From the NCBI GenBank assembly GCA_963699235.1, contig OY969424.1:784884-848883 (forward strand): a stretch of DNA of 64,000 nt, written 5' to 3'. Within the stretch, counting starts at the first letter, position 1; the number at the start of each line of letters is the position of its first letter. Positions 9,079 through 16,446 of the stretch are shown in pieces. The notes beneath the pieces are model-generated. The model worked only from the letters and a program-made list of their open reading frames with translations, was not told where the DNA came from and did no database searches. The stretch is from an uncultured Chloroflexia bacterium (GTDB taxonomy: Bacteria; Chloroflexota; Limnocylindria; QHBO01). Both the position numbers and the translations under genes were made by a program.

Positions 9079-9125
9079 TTGAAGAAAGCAGCCCGTTCCA
9101 CGCCCATACCGGATGTAGCGTCGGG
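9079..9125 (+). promoter_or_regulatory. class-A conserved upstream motif of sigma 2
   Basis: TTGAAG (9079) followed 17 nt later by GCCCAT, then the box ATACCGGATGTAGCGTCGGG (9106..9125), identical to 12919..12938. Ends 31 nt before ATG 9157. Confidence 0.5.
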
Positions 9126-9156
9126 CTGAACTGACGCAACAAACGTTGGAAGGGGC

Positions 9157-9705
9157 ATGGATACCGATCTCGTGATACGGGCGCAACGCGGAGACCGAGA
9201 GGCATTCGCGGATCTCGCTGCCACGATCGCAGATCGGTTCCTGGCGACGTCGCACAGGATCCTGAGCGACATCGACCTTGCCGAGGACGCCACCCAGCAG
9301 GCGCTGGTCAGCGTCTGGCAGGACCTTCCGCAGCTCCGCGACCCGGCCCGCTTCGAGGCCTGGTCGTATCGGCTTCTCGTGCGCGCCTGCTACGCCGAGG
9401 GCCGGAAATCCCGCCGCTGGGCGCCAAACCTGAGGCTGCTGACGGTTGACGAACCGATGGCTGCCGACGGTATGAGCGCGGTTGTCGATCGCGACCAGCT
9501 CGAACGCGCCTTTCGGCGACTCTCTCTGAACCATCGAACGGTGGTGGTGCTGCACCACTACCTGGACCTGCCGCTCGATCAGGTCGCCGAGCTTGTCGGT
9601 GCCCCGGTCGGGACGGTGGGATCAAGACTGCATTACGCGATGCGGGCCATGCGCGCGGCGATCGACGCCGACGCTGGCACGACGCCCCGGGAGGCCGCGC
9701 AATGA
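9157..9705 (+). CDS. ECF-type sigma-70 factor, paralog 2 (subfamily A)
   Basis: ORF 9157..9705, 182 aa. Regions 2 and 4 are as in paralog 1. By manual alignment it is roughly four-fifths identical to paralog 4. Confidence 0.9.
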   Translation: MDTDLVIRAQRGDREAFADLAATIADRFLATSHRILSDIDLAEDATQQALVSVWQDLPQLRDPARFEAWSYRLLVRACYAEGRKSRRWAPNLRLLTVDEPMAADGMSAVVDRDQLERAFRRLSLNHRTVVVLHHYLDLPLDQVAELVGAPVGTVGSRLHYAMRAMRAAIDADAGTTPREAAQ

Positions 9706-10644
9706 GTGACGAGCGAGACCTTTCCGGCGACGTCAACCGCGTCGTCCGGTCGTGGCTGCGCGAGGACCGACACGAGGATGCCGACCGCGTCCTGGTGACG
9801 GCCCTGAACACGGTGGACACGACCCCACAGCGCCGATCCACTCGGTGGTCGGCGTGGAGGGATCTTCTTCATGGACAACAACGTCGTCCGCGTCGGCCTG
9901 GTGGCCGCCGCGGTCGCGATCATCGCGGTGATCGCCTTCAATCTTCTGCCGGGATCGCAGGCTCCGGGCGGTGAGCCGAGCGCGACGCCGGAACCGTCCG
10001 TCACCGAACCCTCGGAGTCGGCGGCGGCTGGCCTCCCCGTGGGCAGCTCATATACGCTCTCGGAGGACGAACTACCGATCGCTGTGACGATCCCGGCCCC
10101 CGGCTGGTCCGCAGAGGACTCCAGCTTCCTCGTCAAGGACGGGAACTGCTGCGCGCCGGATGGAGCCAGCATTCTCGGGGCGTGGGCGGGCGATCCGATC
10201 GTCCCGAGCGACCCGTGCCACTGGGCGACCACCATGCCCGACACCCCGGCCACCACGCTCGAGGAGATCGGCGCCGCGCTTGCCAGCCAGGCGACGCGAG
10301 ATGCCTCGGAGCCGGTGGACGTCACCCTGGACGGGCATCCCGGCATCTCGATCACGCTCCATGTGCCGGCTGACATTGCCTACGACGGCGGTGAGTTCAC
10401 CGGCTGTGACGTGGGCGACCCGGGGCCGGGTCAAAATGTCGGCCCCAAGTTCTGCACCTTTGCCCTCGAGGACCCGGCGCTGTGCCACATGTGGTACCAC
10501 GGGCCGGACGAGTTCAGCGAGCTGTGGATCGTGGACGTGGACGGACAGTTCGTGATCGTGACCGGAAACTACCTGCCGGAGACCCCGGCCGAAGATGTCG
10601 ATGAAGTCCAGGCCATCCTCGGCTCCATGACGTTCAGCCAGTAG
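9702..10644 (+). pseudogene. sigma-coupled membrane partner 2, reading frame broken near 9861 (may be an assembly indel)
   Basis: The N-domain lies in ORF 9702..9974 (DVNRVVRSWLRED..TPQRRSTRWSAWR). The TM helix and ectodomain lie in ORF 9871..10644 (..IFFMDNNVVRVGLVAAAVAII..). One extra base at about 9861 separates the two frames. ATGA overlap with the sigma 2 stop. Confidence 0.7.
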
Positions 10645-10651
10645 ACCGATG

Positions 10652-10679
10652 CGTGGGCGGCCCCACCGGGCCGCCCACG
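10652..10679. terminator. bidirectional hairpin between convergent genes
   Basis: CGTGGGCGGCCC (10652..10663) pairs with GGGCCGCCCACG (10668..10679), with a 4-nt loop. It lies between stops at 10644 (+) and 10686 (-). Confidence 0.6.
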
Positions 10680-10685
10680 TCATGT

Positions 10686-11204
10686 CTACCAGGTCTCGCT
10701 GTGGACGACGTCGGCCAGGGACTTGCGGCCGCCGCGCTTGTTCGGGGCGGTGAGCTTCGACGGGTCCGCCGGGTAGCCGAACGAGAGGAGCCAGTCGCAG
10801 CGTTGGCCGACGGGGAGTCCCAGGAGCTCACCGGCCACCCGATGGTTGTGCGCGGTGGCCGGGGCACTCCCGATGCCCAGCTCCCAGGCGGCGAGCACCA
10901 TGCTCTGGGCGGCGCGCCCCAGGTCCCAGAGGATGGAGCGGCCGTGCGGTGTGTCCTGGTCCGGCGCGACGAGCGCCACCGCCACCGCGGCCCCCGCCAG
11001 GTGATCGGCATACCGCCCCACGGCGGTCAGCTGCCGAAGGCGCTCGCGATCGGTCACCACGACGAACGTCCAGACCTGCTCGTTCTTGCTGCTGCCGGTA
11101 CGCCGCCCCGCGTTGAGGATGCGCTCCAGGTGCTCGGGTTCCAGCGGCCGATCGGTGAACTCTCGAATCACTCGCACGGTGTTGATCGCCTTCCACGTTT
11201 CCAT
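10686..11204 (-). CDS. nitroreductase family protein
   Basis: In-frame ATG 11204..11202 (METWKAINTVRVIREFTDRPLEPEHLERILNAGRRTGSSKN) inside ORF 10686..11822. This is the classic nitroreductase N-terminal motif. Confidence 0.8.
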   Translation of the reverse strand: METWKAINTVRVIREFTDRPLEPEHLERILNAGRRTGSSKNEQVWTFVVVTDRERLRQLTAVGRYADHLAGAAVAVALVAPDQDTPHGRSILWDLGRAAQSMVLAAWELGIGSAPATAHNHRVAGELLGLPVGQRCDWLLSFGYPADPSKLTAPNKRGGRKSLADVVHSETW

Positions 11205-11258
11205 CGAGCCTAGTCTAGGCCGAACACCAGACGACCCGAAGGGAACCGCCCTGCGACG

Positions 11259-11308
11259 CAGATTGAACAGTTGGGGTGCTCCCAGGGCTCTCCCTTGTGA
11301 TCGAGTCC
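11259..11308 (+). promoter_or_regulatory. class-B conserved upstream motif of sigma 3
   Basis: CAGATTGAAC (11259..11268), then 30 nt, then GATCGAGTCC (11299..11308). The same two-box arrangement occurs before sigma 5 and sigma 6. Confidence 0.5.
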
Positions 11309-11342
11309 AGATCGGACCGACGTTCGAAGACCCGGAGGTCAG

Positions 11343-11897
11343 GTGCAGGAAGCACTGGTCGACCGAGCGAAGCAGGGTGATGAAGAAGCCTTCGAAGCCC
11401 TCGCTCGCCTGGTCGGGGACCGATGCCTGGCGATCGCGATTCGGATCCTGCGCGACGCCGACCTGGCGGAGGACGCATTCCAGGCCGCGTTCATCACGGC
11501 CTGGCGCGAGCTCCGCACCCTGCGTGACAACCGGCTCTTCGAGCCCTGGCTCCACCGGATCCTGACCCATGCCTGCTACGCCGAGGCCAGGCGTCGCACG
11601 CGATGGTCGGAAGGCATCCATCTCGTACCCGTCGAGCCCTCGTATGGCTCGAACGACTACCTGACCGTGGACGATCGCGACCAGCTCGAACGAGGCCTCC
11701 GGAGGCTCACCGTCGAGCAGCGCGCCGTCCTCGTCTTCCACCACTACCTCGGCCTCTCCATCGCGGAAGTGGCCGAACGGATCGGAATCCCCGTCGGGAC
11801 CGCGAAGTCCCGCCTCCACCACGCCACCAGTGCGCTGAGAGCCAGCCTCGAGGCTGACGCTCGGACGCCATCCACATCCCAGGAGCGATTGGCATGA
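11343..11897 (+). CDS. ECF-type sigma-70 factor, paralog 3 (subfamily B)
   Basis: ORF 11343..11897 with a GTG start preceded by GGAGG. Region 2 (TAWRELRTLRDNRLFEPWLHRILTHACY) and region 4 (VLVFHHYLGLSIAEVAERIGIPVGTAKSRLHHA) are present. Confidence 0.9.
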   Translation: MQEALVDRAKQGDEEAFEALARLVGDRCLAIAIRILRDADLAEDAFQAAFITAWRELRTLRDNRLFEPWLHRILTHACYAEARRRTRWSEGIHLVPVEPSYGSNDYLTVDDRDQLERGLRRLTVEQRAVLVFHHYLGLSIAEVAERIGIPVGTAKSRLHHATSALRASLEADARTPSTSQERLA

Positions 11898-12811
11898 AGA
11901 CGCCGCGAAACCCCGATCGACTCATTCGGACCTACCTCCAGGAGGACCAGGCCAACGAGTACCACGAGGTTCCCGAGCATCTCTTCAACGCCATCCGCGA
12001 CGGGATCGAACAGACACGTCAGCGGGCCGTCATCGGCTCCATGGGAGTACCCGTCATGAACAAGTTCCTGGCCGTGGGCCTCGGCGTCGCCGCCGTCGTG
12101 CTCGCGGGCTACATCGGCGTCCAGCTTCTCGGTGGCCCGGCGCCCGGCGGCCCGGCGCCGGTCGAGACACCACAACCGGTCGATTCCGCCGCGCCCGAAC
12201 CGTCGAGCCCGGCCGGCGCCGGCCTGCCGGACGGTCCCTTCTCCCTCTGGGCAGGACCACCTTCGATCACGGTCACCATCGCGGCCCCTGGCTGGGACGG
12301 CGAAGTGGACGGTGGCATGTTGGTCAAGGACGAGGATGCCGACTCGCCGGACTTCGCAGGGATGATCGTGTACACGGGCGATCTGTTCGTGTACGGCGAT
12401 CCCTGCCAGTGGGAGGGGACCGAGCCGGATTCTCCTGCCACCACCCCCGAGGAGCTCGTGGCCGCACTGTCGGCCCAGGCGCTGCGTGATGCCTCGGAGC
12501 CGATAGACATCACGCTCGACGGGCACGCCGGAAAGGCGATCACCCTCCATGTGCCGGACGACGCCGTGGTCAGCGGAGAAGATTTCCCCGATTGCGACCA
12601 GGACACCTTCGGCGTGTGGACGGACAGCATCGACGGCGCCCCCGGCCAGGCACCGTATCGGTACAACCAGGGCTCGGGCCAGATCGACGAGATCTGGGCG
12701 GTGGACGTGGACGGCGCCTTGACGGTCATCGACTGGACGTACTACCCCGCCACCCCGGCCGAAGACGTCGCGGAGGAACAGGCCATCGTCGAGTCGGCAA
12801 CCTTCGAGTAG
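11894..12811 (+). CDS. sigma-coupled single-pass membrane protein (putative anti-sigma factor), partner 3
   Basis: ORF 11894..12811. ATGA overlap with the sigma stop. N-domain DRLIRTYLQED..IEQTRQRAVIG, TM helix MNKFLAVGLGVAAVVLAGYIGV, and an ectodomain with the DPCQW and FPDCD motifs. Confidence 0.8.
   Translation: MKTPRNPDRLIRTYLQEDQANEYHEVPEHLFNAIRDGIEQTRQRAVIGSMGVPVMNKFLAVGLGVAAVVLAGYIGVQLLGGPAPGGPAPVETPQPVDSAAPEPSSPAGAGLPDGPFSLWAGPPSITVTIAAPGWDGEVDGGMLVKDEDADSPDFAGMIVYTGDLFVYGDPCQWEGTEPDSPATTPEELVAALSAQALRDASEPIDITLDGHAGKAITLHVPDDAVVSGEDFPDCDQDTFGVWTDSIDGAPGQAPYRYNQGSGQIDEIWAVDVDGALTVIDWTYYPATPAEDVAEEQAIVESATFE
12005..12187 (+). repeat. 183-nt near-identical tract shared with 16542..16724
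   Basis: Covers IEQTRQRAVIGSMGVP.MNKFLAVGLGVAAVVLAGYIGVQLLGGPAPGGPAPVETP. I counted about 15 mismatches over 183 nt by eye, far fewer than in the flanking parts of partners 3 and 5. Confidence 0.7.
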
Positions 12812-12847
12812 ACACGGCGCTCGAACGAGCGCGGCCACAGACCGATG

Positions 12848-12875
12848 CGCGGGCGGCCCAACCGGGCTGCCCGCG
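12848..12875 (+). terminator. hairpin downstream of partner 3
   Basis: CGCGGGCGGCCC (12848..12859) pairs with GGGCTGCCCGCG (12864..12875) with one G-U pair, followed by a T-rich stretch. Confidence 0.5.
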
Positions 12876-12891
12876 TGCTTCTACTCGCATT

Positions 12892-12938
12892 TTGAAAAAA
12901 CGGGCGCTCGGCATGCTCATACCGGATGTAGCGTCGGG
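12892..12938 (+). promoter_or_regulatory. class-A conserved upstream motif of sigma 4
   Basis: TTGAAA (12892) followed 17 nt later by GCTCAT, then the box ATACCGGATGTAGCGTCGGG (12919..12938). Ends 33 nt before ATG 12972. Confidence 0.5.
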
Positions 12939-12971
12939 ACCCAACCTGACGCCGATACCCCGGGGAGGGGC

Positions 12972-13520
12972 ATGGACACCGAGACCGTGAGACGTGCACA
13001 GGGTGGAGACCAGGAGGCGTTTGCCGACCTGGTCGATGCCATCGCGGGTCGGTTCCTGGCCGTGTCGCATCGAATCCTGGGCGACATCGACCTTGCCGAG
13101 GACGCCACGCAGCAAGCGCTGCTCAACGTCTGGCAGAACCTTCCTCAGCTCCGCGACCCGGCCCGCTTCGAGGCCTGGTCGTATCGGGCTCTCGTCCGTG
13201 CTAGCTACGCCGAGGGTCGGAAATCCCGCCGTTGGGCGCCGAACATGCGGCTGCTGTCGGTTGACGAACCGATGGTGGTCGATGGTCTGGGCTCGGTCGT
13301 CGATCGCGACCAGCTCGAACGCGCCTTCCGGCGACTCTCCCTGAACCATCGCACGGTGGTGGTCCTGCACCACTACCTGGACCTGCCGCTCGACCGGGTG
13401 GCCGAAATTGTCGGCGCGCCAGTCGGGACGGTGGGCTCGAGACTGCATTACGCAACGCGGACCCTGCGCTCGGCGCTTGTTGCCGACGCGCAGCCGACTT
13501 CCCGGGAGGCAGCGCAATGA
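12972..13520 (+). CDS. ECF-type sigma-70 factor, paralog 4 (subfamily A)
   Basis: ORF 12972..13520, 182 aa. Colinear with paralog 2. Confidence 0.9.
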   Translation: MDTETVRRAQGGDQEAFADLVDAIAGRFLAVSHRILGDIDLAEDATQQALLNVWQNLPQLRDPARFEAWSYRALVRASYAEGRKSRRWAPNMRLLSVDEPMVVDGLGSVVDRDQLERAFRRLSLNHRTVVVLHHYLDLPLDRVAEIVGAPVGTVGSRLHYATRTLRSALVADAQPTSREAAQ

Positions 13521-14329
13521 CCCAGTTCCATCCCTCCGATCGGGACGTCAACCGCGCCATCCGGTCGTGGCTCCACGAGGACCGGCAGGAGGACGTCTCC
13601 CGCATCGCGGGAGCCGTGCTGGACGAGCTGGGCGCGACCCCACAGCGTCGGACCACCACCTGGTGGCCGGCGCGGAGGACGCCTGAAATGAACAAGTTCC
13701 TTGCCATCGGTCTCGGCGCGGCAGCCGTGGTCGTGGCTCTCCTCATCGGTTCGAACCTCATGGGTCCGTCGAGCCAAGCGCCCGGCGGCGCACCACCGGC
13801 ATCGGTGGAACCATCGGTGGAGCCCTCCGAGGCAGCCCCGTCGTCGGCCCCATCCGCCCCGCCGCTGACCCAAAGCTTCACCTCGACGCGGCACGGGATT
13901 TCACTGTCGTACCCCGAGGGATGGACCGCTCAAGTGGCGACCGAGCCCTGGACGGAAAGCACGTTCCCCCTGTTCTTTGGTGGGCCTCATGCCGATTGGC
14001 TGTCCGACCCCGTCCTTGAGGCTGATCTGTTCCTGGCCATCGCCTCGCAGCCGATCGGCGATTCCACGCCCGAGGACTGGGCCGCCGAGCAGCTGGCCAG
14101 CGACGAGGGCTGTGGCACGACAACCGAGCCGATCGCCTTCGACGGCGGCACCGGACTGACCGGGCCCGGAAACTGCACGGTTGCAGTCATCACCGCCGAT
14201 GGCCGCGGCTACTGGATCCAGCTCTACACGGGTGGCGACGACCCAGATGCCGTGGCTCCCTACGACAGGGCGTGGTTCGAGGAGTTCCTGGCCACGGTGC
14301 AAGTGCATCCCGAGGACGCCGTGGACTGA
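13517..14329 (+). CDS. sigma-coupled single-pass membrane protein (putative anti-sigma factor), partner 4
   Basis: ORF 13517..14329 with ATGA overlap. N-domain RDVNRAIRSWLHEDR..TPQRRTTTWW, TM helix MNKFLAIGLGAAAVVVALLIG, and an ectodomain unrelated to those of partners 2, 3 and 5. Confidence 0.75.
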   Translation: MTQFHPSDRDVNRAIRSWLHEDRQEDVSRIAGAVLDELGATPQRRTTTWWPARRTPEMNKFLAIGLGAAAVVVALLIGSNLMGPSSQAPGGAPPASVEPSVEPSEAAPSSAPSAPPLTQSFTSTRHGISLSYPEGWTAQVATEPWTESTFPLFFGGPHADWLSDPVLEADLFLAIASQPIGDSTPEDWAAEQLASDEGCGTTTEPIAFDGGTGLTGPGNCTVAVITADGRGYWIQLYTGGDDPDAVAPYDRAWFEEFLATVQVHPEDAVD

Positions 14330-14343
14330 GGGCCGGAGCCCGA

Positions 14344-14378
14344 ACGTGGGCGGCCTGCACGGGGCCGCCCACGTTTTC
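14344..14378 (+). terminator. intrinsic terminator downstream of partner 4
   Basis: ACGTGGGCGGCC (14344..14355) pairs with GGCCGCCCACGT (14363..14374), followed by TTTT. Confidence 0.65.
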
Positions 14379-14386
14379 CTCGCCAG

Positions 14387-14399
14387 CCAGATTGAACCG
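14387..14399 (+). promoter_or_regulatory. CCAGATTGAACCG box upstream of the amidohydrolase gene (identical 13-mer at 15803..15815)
   Basis: This is the 5' box of the class-B motif, 69 nt before ATG 14468. It lacks the downstream GATCG box seen before the sigma genes. Confidence 0.45.
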
Positions 14400-14467
14400 C
14401 CTGGCGCCGTTCCCGCCCCTCTCAGGCGGAGCCTCGTGAGTTCGCGAGCGTTGGGAGTGAACTGGGC

Positions 14468-15811
14468 ATGACCAAACGAGCCCTGATCCTGGTCGCCGTC
14501 CTTTGGTTGGTGGCCTGCGCCCCGACTGAAACGGCTTCGCCCTCCCCGCCGGCAGACTCAGCCCCGGAGTCCGGGCGCATGATCCTCGTCGGCCAGATCG
14601 TGACCATGGACCACCCCGCCATCGCCGAGGCCCTCCTCATCGAGGACGGCCGCGTGGCCGCGGTCGGGACCCGGGACGAGGTGCTGGCACTCGCCGACGA
14701 CCAGACCCCGGTCATCGACATCGGTCCCAACGTCGCCTACCCCGGCTTCATCGACGCCCACGCGCACTGGATCGGTGACCGCCAGATCTACGACATCGAT
14801 TCGCCGGCGGCGGCGATGGACGCGGCCATCACCCGCGGCTGGACCTCGATCTCCGAGCAGTGGGTCAACGACGAACGGCTCGACGAGCTGGAGGCCCTGG
14901 CCGCGGACCACGCCCTCCCGCTCCGGGTGGACGCCTACCTGGCCCTGAACGCGCTGGAGCCCGGCGGCTACTACGGCGACTGGTATGCCGATCGCGAGCC
15001 AGGGCCGGTGGACGACTTCCTCCGTGTCCGGGGGCTGAAGATCCACCTCGATAGCGGCAGCGGCGCCATCCTGTACTGGGACGCCGCCACCCTGGACCAG
15101 ACCATCGAGGACGCCAACGCGGCGGGTTGGCAGCTCTCGGTCCACGCTGTCAGCACCGAGGCGCAGGAGATGGTCCTCGACGCGTTCGAGGCCGCGATCG
15201 GCCCGACCGGTCCCAACCCGCTCCATCACCGGATCGAGCATGCCCTTCAGGTGACCGATGCCCAGCTGGCCCGCATGGTCGCCATGGACCTGGCCACGGT
15301 CATCCAGCTCGACGGCGCCGCCTACGACTGGGTGGACTGGACGGCGACCCTCCCCGGAGAAGACGGTCGCGACTACCTGGGCGAGAACCCCGAATGGGTC
15401 GCCCGCTGGCGCGACCTGGTGGACGCCGGGCTCCACGTGGCCGGGTCATCCGACATGCCCTGGTTCCTCCCCGAGGTCCCGATGACCGATGACATCGGCC
15501 GACCGGTGGACGAGATCGCGGGCGGGATGGACGGCCGAGGTCGCGAGGTCCCGGAGACCCCGGAGTGGATGCTCGACCAGCTGCTGACCGCCGAGCAGGG
15601 CCTGCGGTCGGTGACCCTCGATGCGGCCTGGGCCCTGGGCGACGAGGCGAACCGCGGCCGCCTGGCGGTCGGGACCTATGGCGACGTCATCATCCTCAGC
15701 CGCGACGTGACGACCGGCACGCCGGACGAGATTCGCTCGACGGAGGTCATCGCCACCATCGTCGGCGGCAGGACCGCCTTCTGCGCGGACCCGGCCTACT
15801 GCCCAGATTGA
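14468..15811 (+). CDS. amidohydrolase-family metallo-hydrolase, lipoprotein
   Basis: ORF 14468..15811, 447 aa. Lipobox (LWLVAC), an HxH metal motif (FIDAHAHW) and the amidohydrolase_3-like layout. Confidence 0.85.
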   Translation: MTKRALILVAVLWLVACAPTETASPSPPADSAPESGRMILVGQIVTMDHPAIAEALLIEDGRVAAVGTRDEVLALADDQTPVIDIGPNVAYPGFIDAHAHWIGDRQIYDIDSPAAAMDAAITRGWTSISEQWVNDERLDELEALAADHALPLRVDAYLALNALEPGGYYGDWYADREPGPVDDFLRVRGLKIHLDSGSGAILYWDAATLDQTIEDANAAGWQLSVHAVSTEAQEMVLDAFEAAIGPTGPNPLHHRIEHALQVTDAQLARMVAMDLATVIQLDGAAYDWVDWTATLPGEDGRDYLGENPEWVARWRDLVDAGLHVAGSSDMPWFLPEVPMTDDIGRPVDEIAGGMDGRGREVPETPEWMLDQLLTAEQGLRSVTLDAAWALGDEANRGRLAVGTYGDVIILSRDVTTGTPDEIRSTEVIATIVGGRTAFCADPAYCPD

Positions 15812-15853
15812 ACCGATAGGCTGCCTCGGGCGCTCTTCAGTCCGATCGCGCCC
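15803..15853 (+). promoter_or_regulatory. class-B conserved upstream motif of sigma 5
   Basis: CCAGATTGAAC (15803..15813, overlapping the amidohydrolase stop codon), then 30 nt, then GATCGCGCCC (15844..15853). Confidence 0.5.
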
Positions 15854-15890
15854 AGACCGGGCGTGACACGGCCCCGACACGGAGGGATGG

Positions 15891-16446
15891 GTGCAGGCAG
15901 AGCTGGTCAACCAGGCGAAGCGAGGCGATCGAGAGGCCTTCGACGCTTTGGCTCGCCTGACCGGCGACCGATGCATGGCGATCGCGTTCAGGATCCTGCG
16001 CGATTTCGACCTTGCCGACGACGCCGTCCAGGCCGCGCTGCTGACCGCCTGGCGCGAGATTCGCGCCCTGCGGGATCCCGACCTCTTCGAGCCGTGGCTC
16101 CACCGGATCCTGACCCACGCCTGCTTCGCCGAGGCCAGGCGGCGCCGGCGATGGTCAGAGGGGATCCGGCTCCTCCCGGTCGAGCCCGTGCACGGGTCCG
16201 ACCCGTACCGCAATGTTGATGATCGCGACCAGCTCGAACGCGCCTTTCAGAAGGCTCACCGTCGAGCAGCGCGCTGTTCTCGTCTTCCACCACTACCTCG
16301 GGCTGCCGTTGCCCGAGGTAGCTCAACGAATCGGAATCCCACTCGGGACGGTGAAGTCCCGGATGCACCACGCCAAGCAGGCGCTCCGCGCGGCCCTCGA
16401 GGCCGATGCCCGGGCGTCCTCGACACCCCAGGAGCGAATCGTATGA
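15891..16446 (+). pseudogene. ECF-type sigma-70 factor, paralog 5 (subfamily B), frame broken at about 16248..16252 (may be an assembly indel)
   Basis: Region 2 lies in the frame of ORF 15891..17324. Region 4 (RRLTVEQRAVLVFHHYLGLPLPEVAQRIGIPLGTVKSRMHHA) lies in ORF 16213..16446. The sequence gcctttcagaaggctcacc has one base more than the paralog sequence gccttccgccgcctcacc. Confidence 0.75.

Noticed and set aside
11241-11247. Classical ECF promoter (GGAAC, 16-17 nt, CGT) upstream of the sigma genes
   Set aside because: GGGAACC at 11241 has no suitably spaced CGT-type -10, and the other five loci lack GGAAC. The conserved boxes reported above are different.
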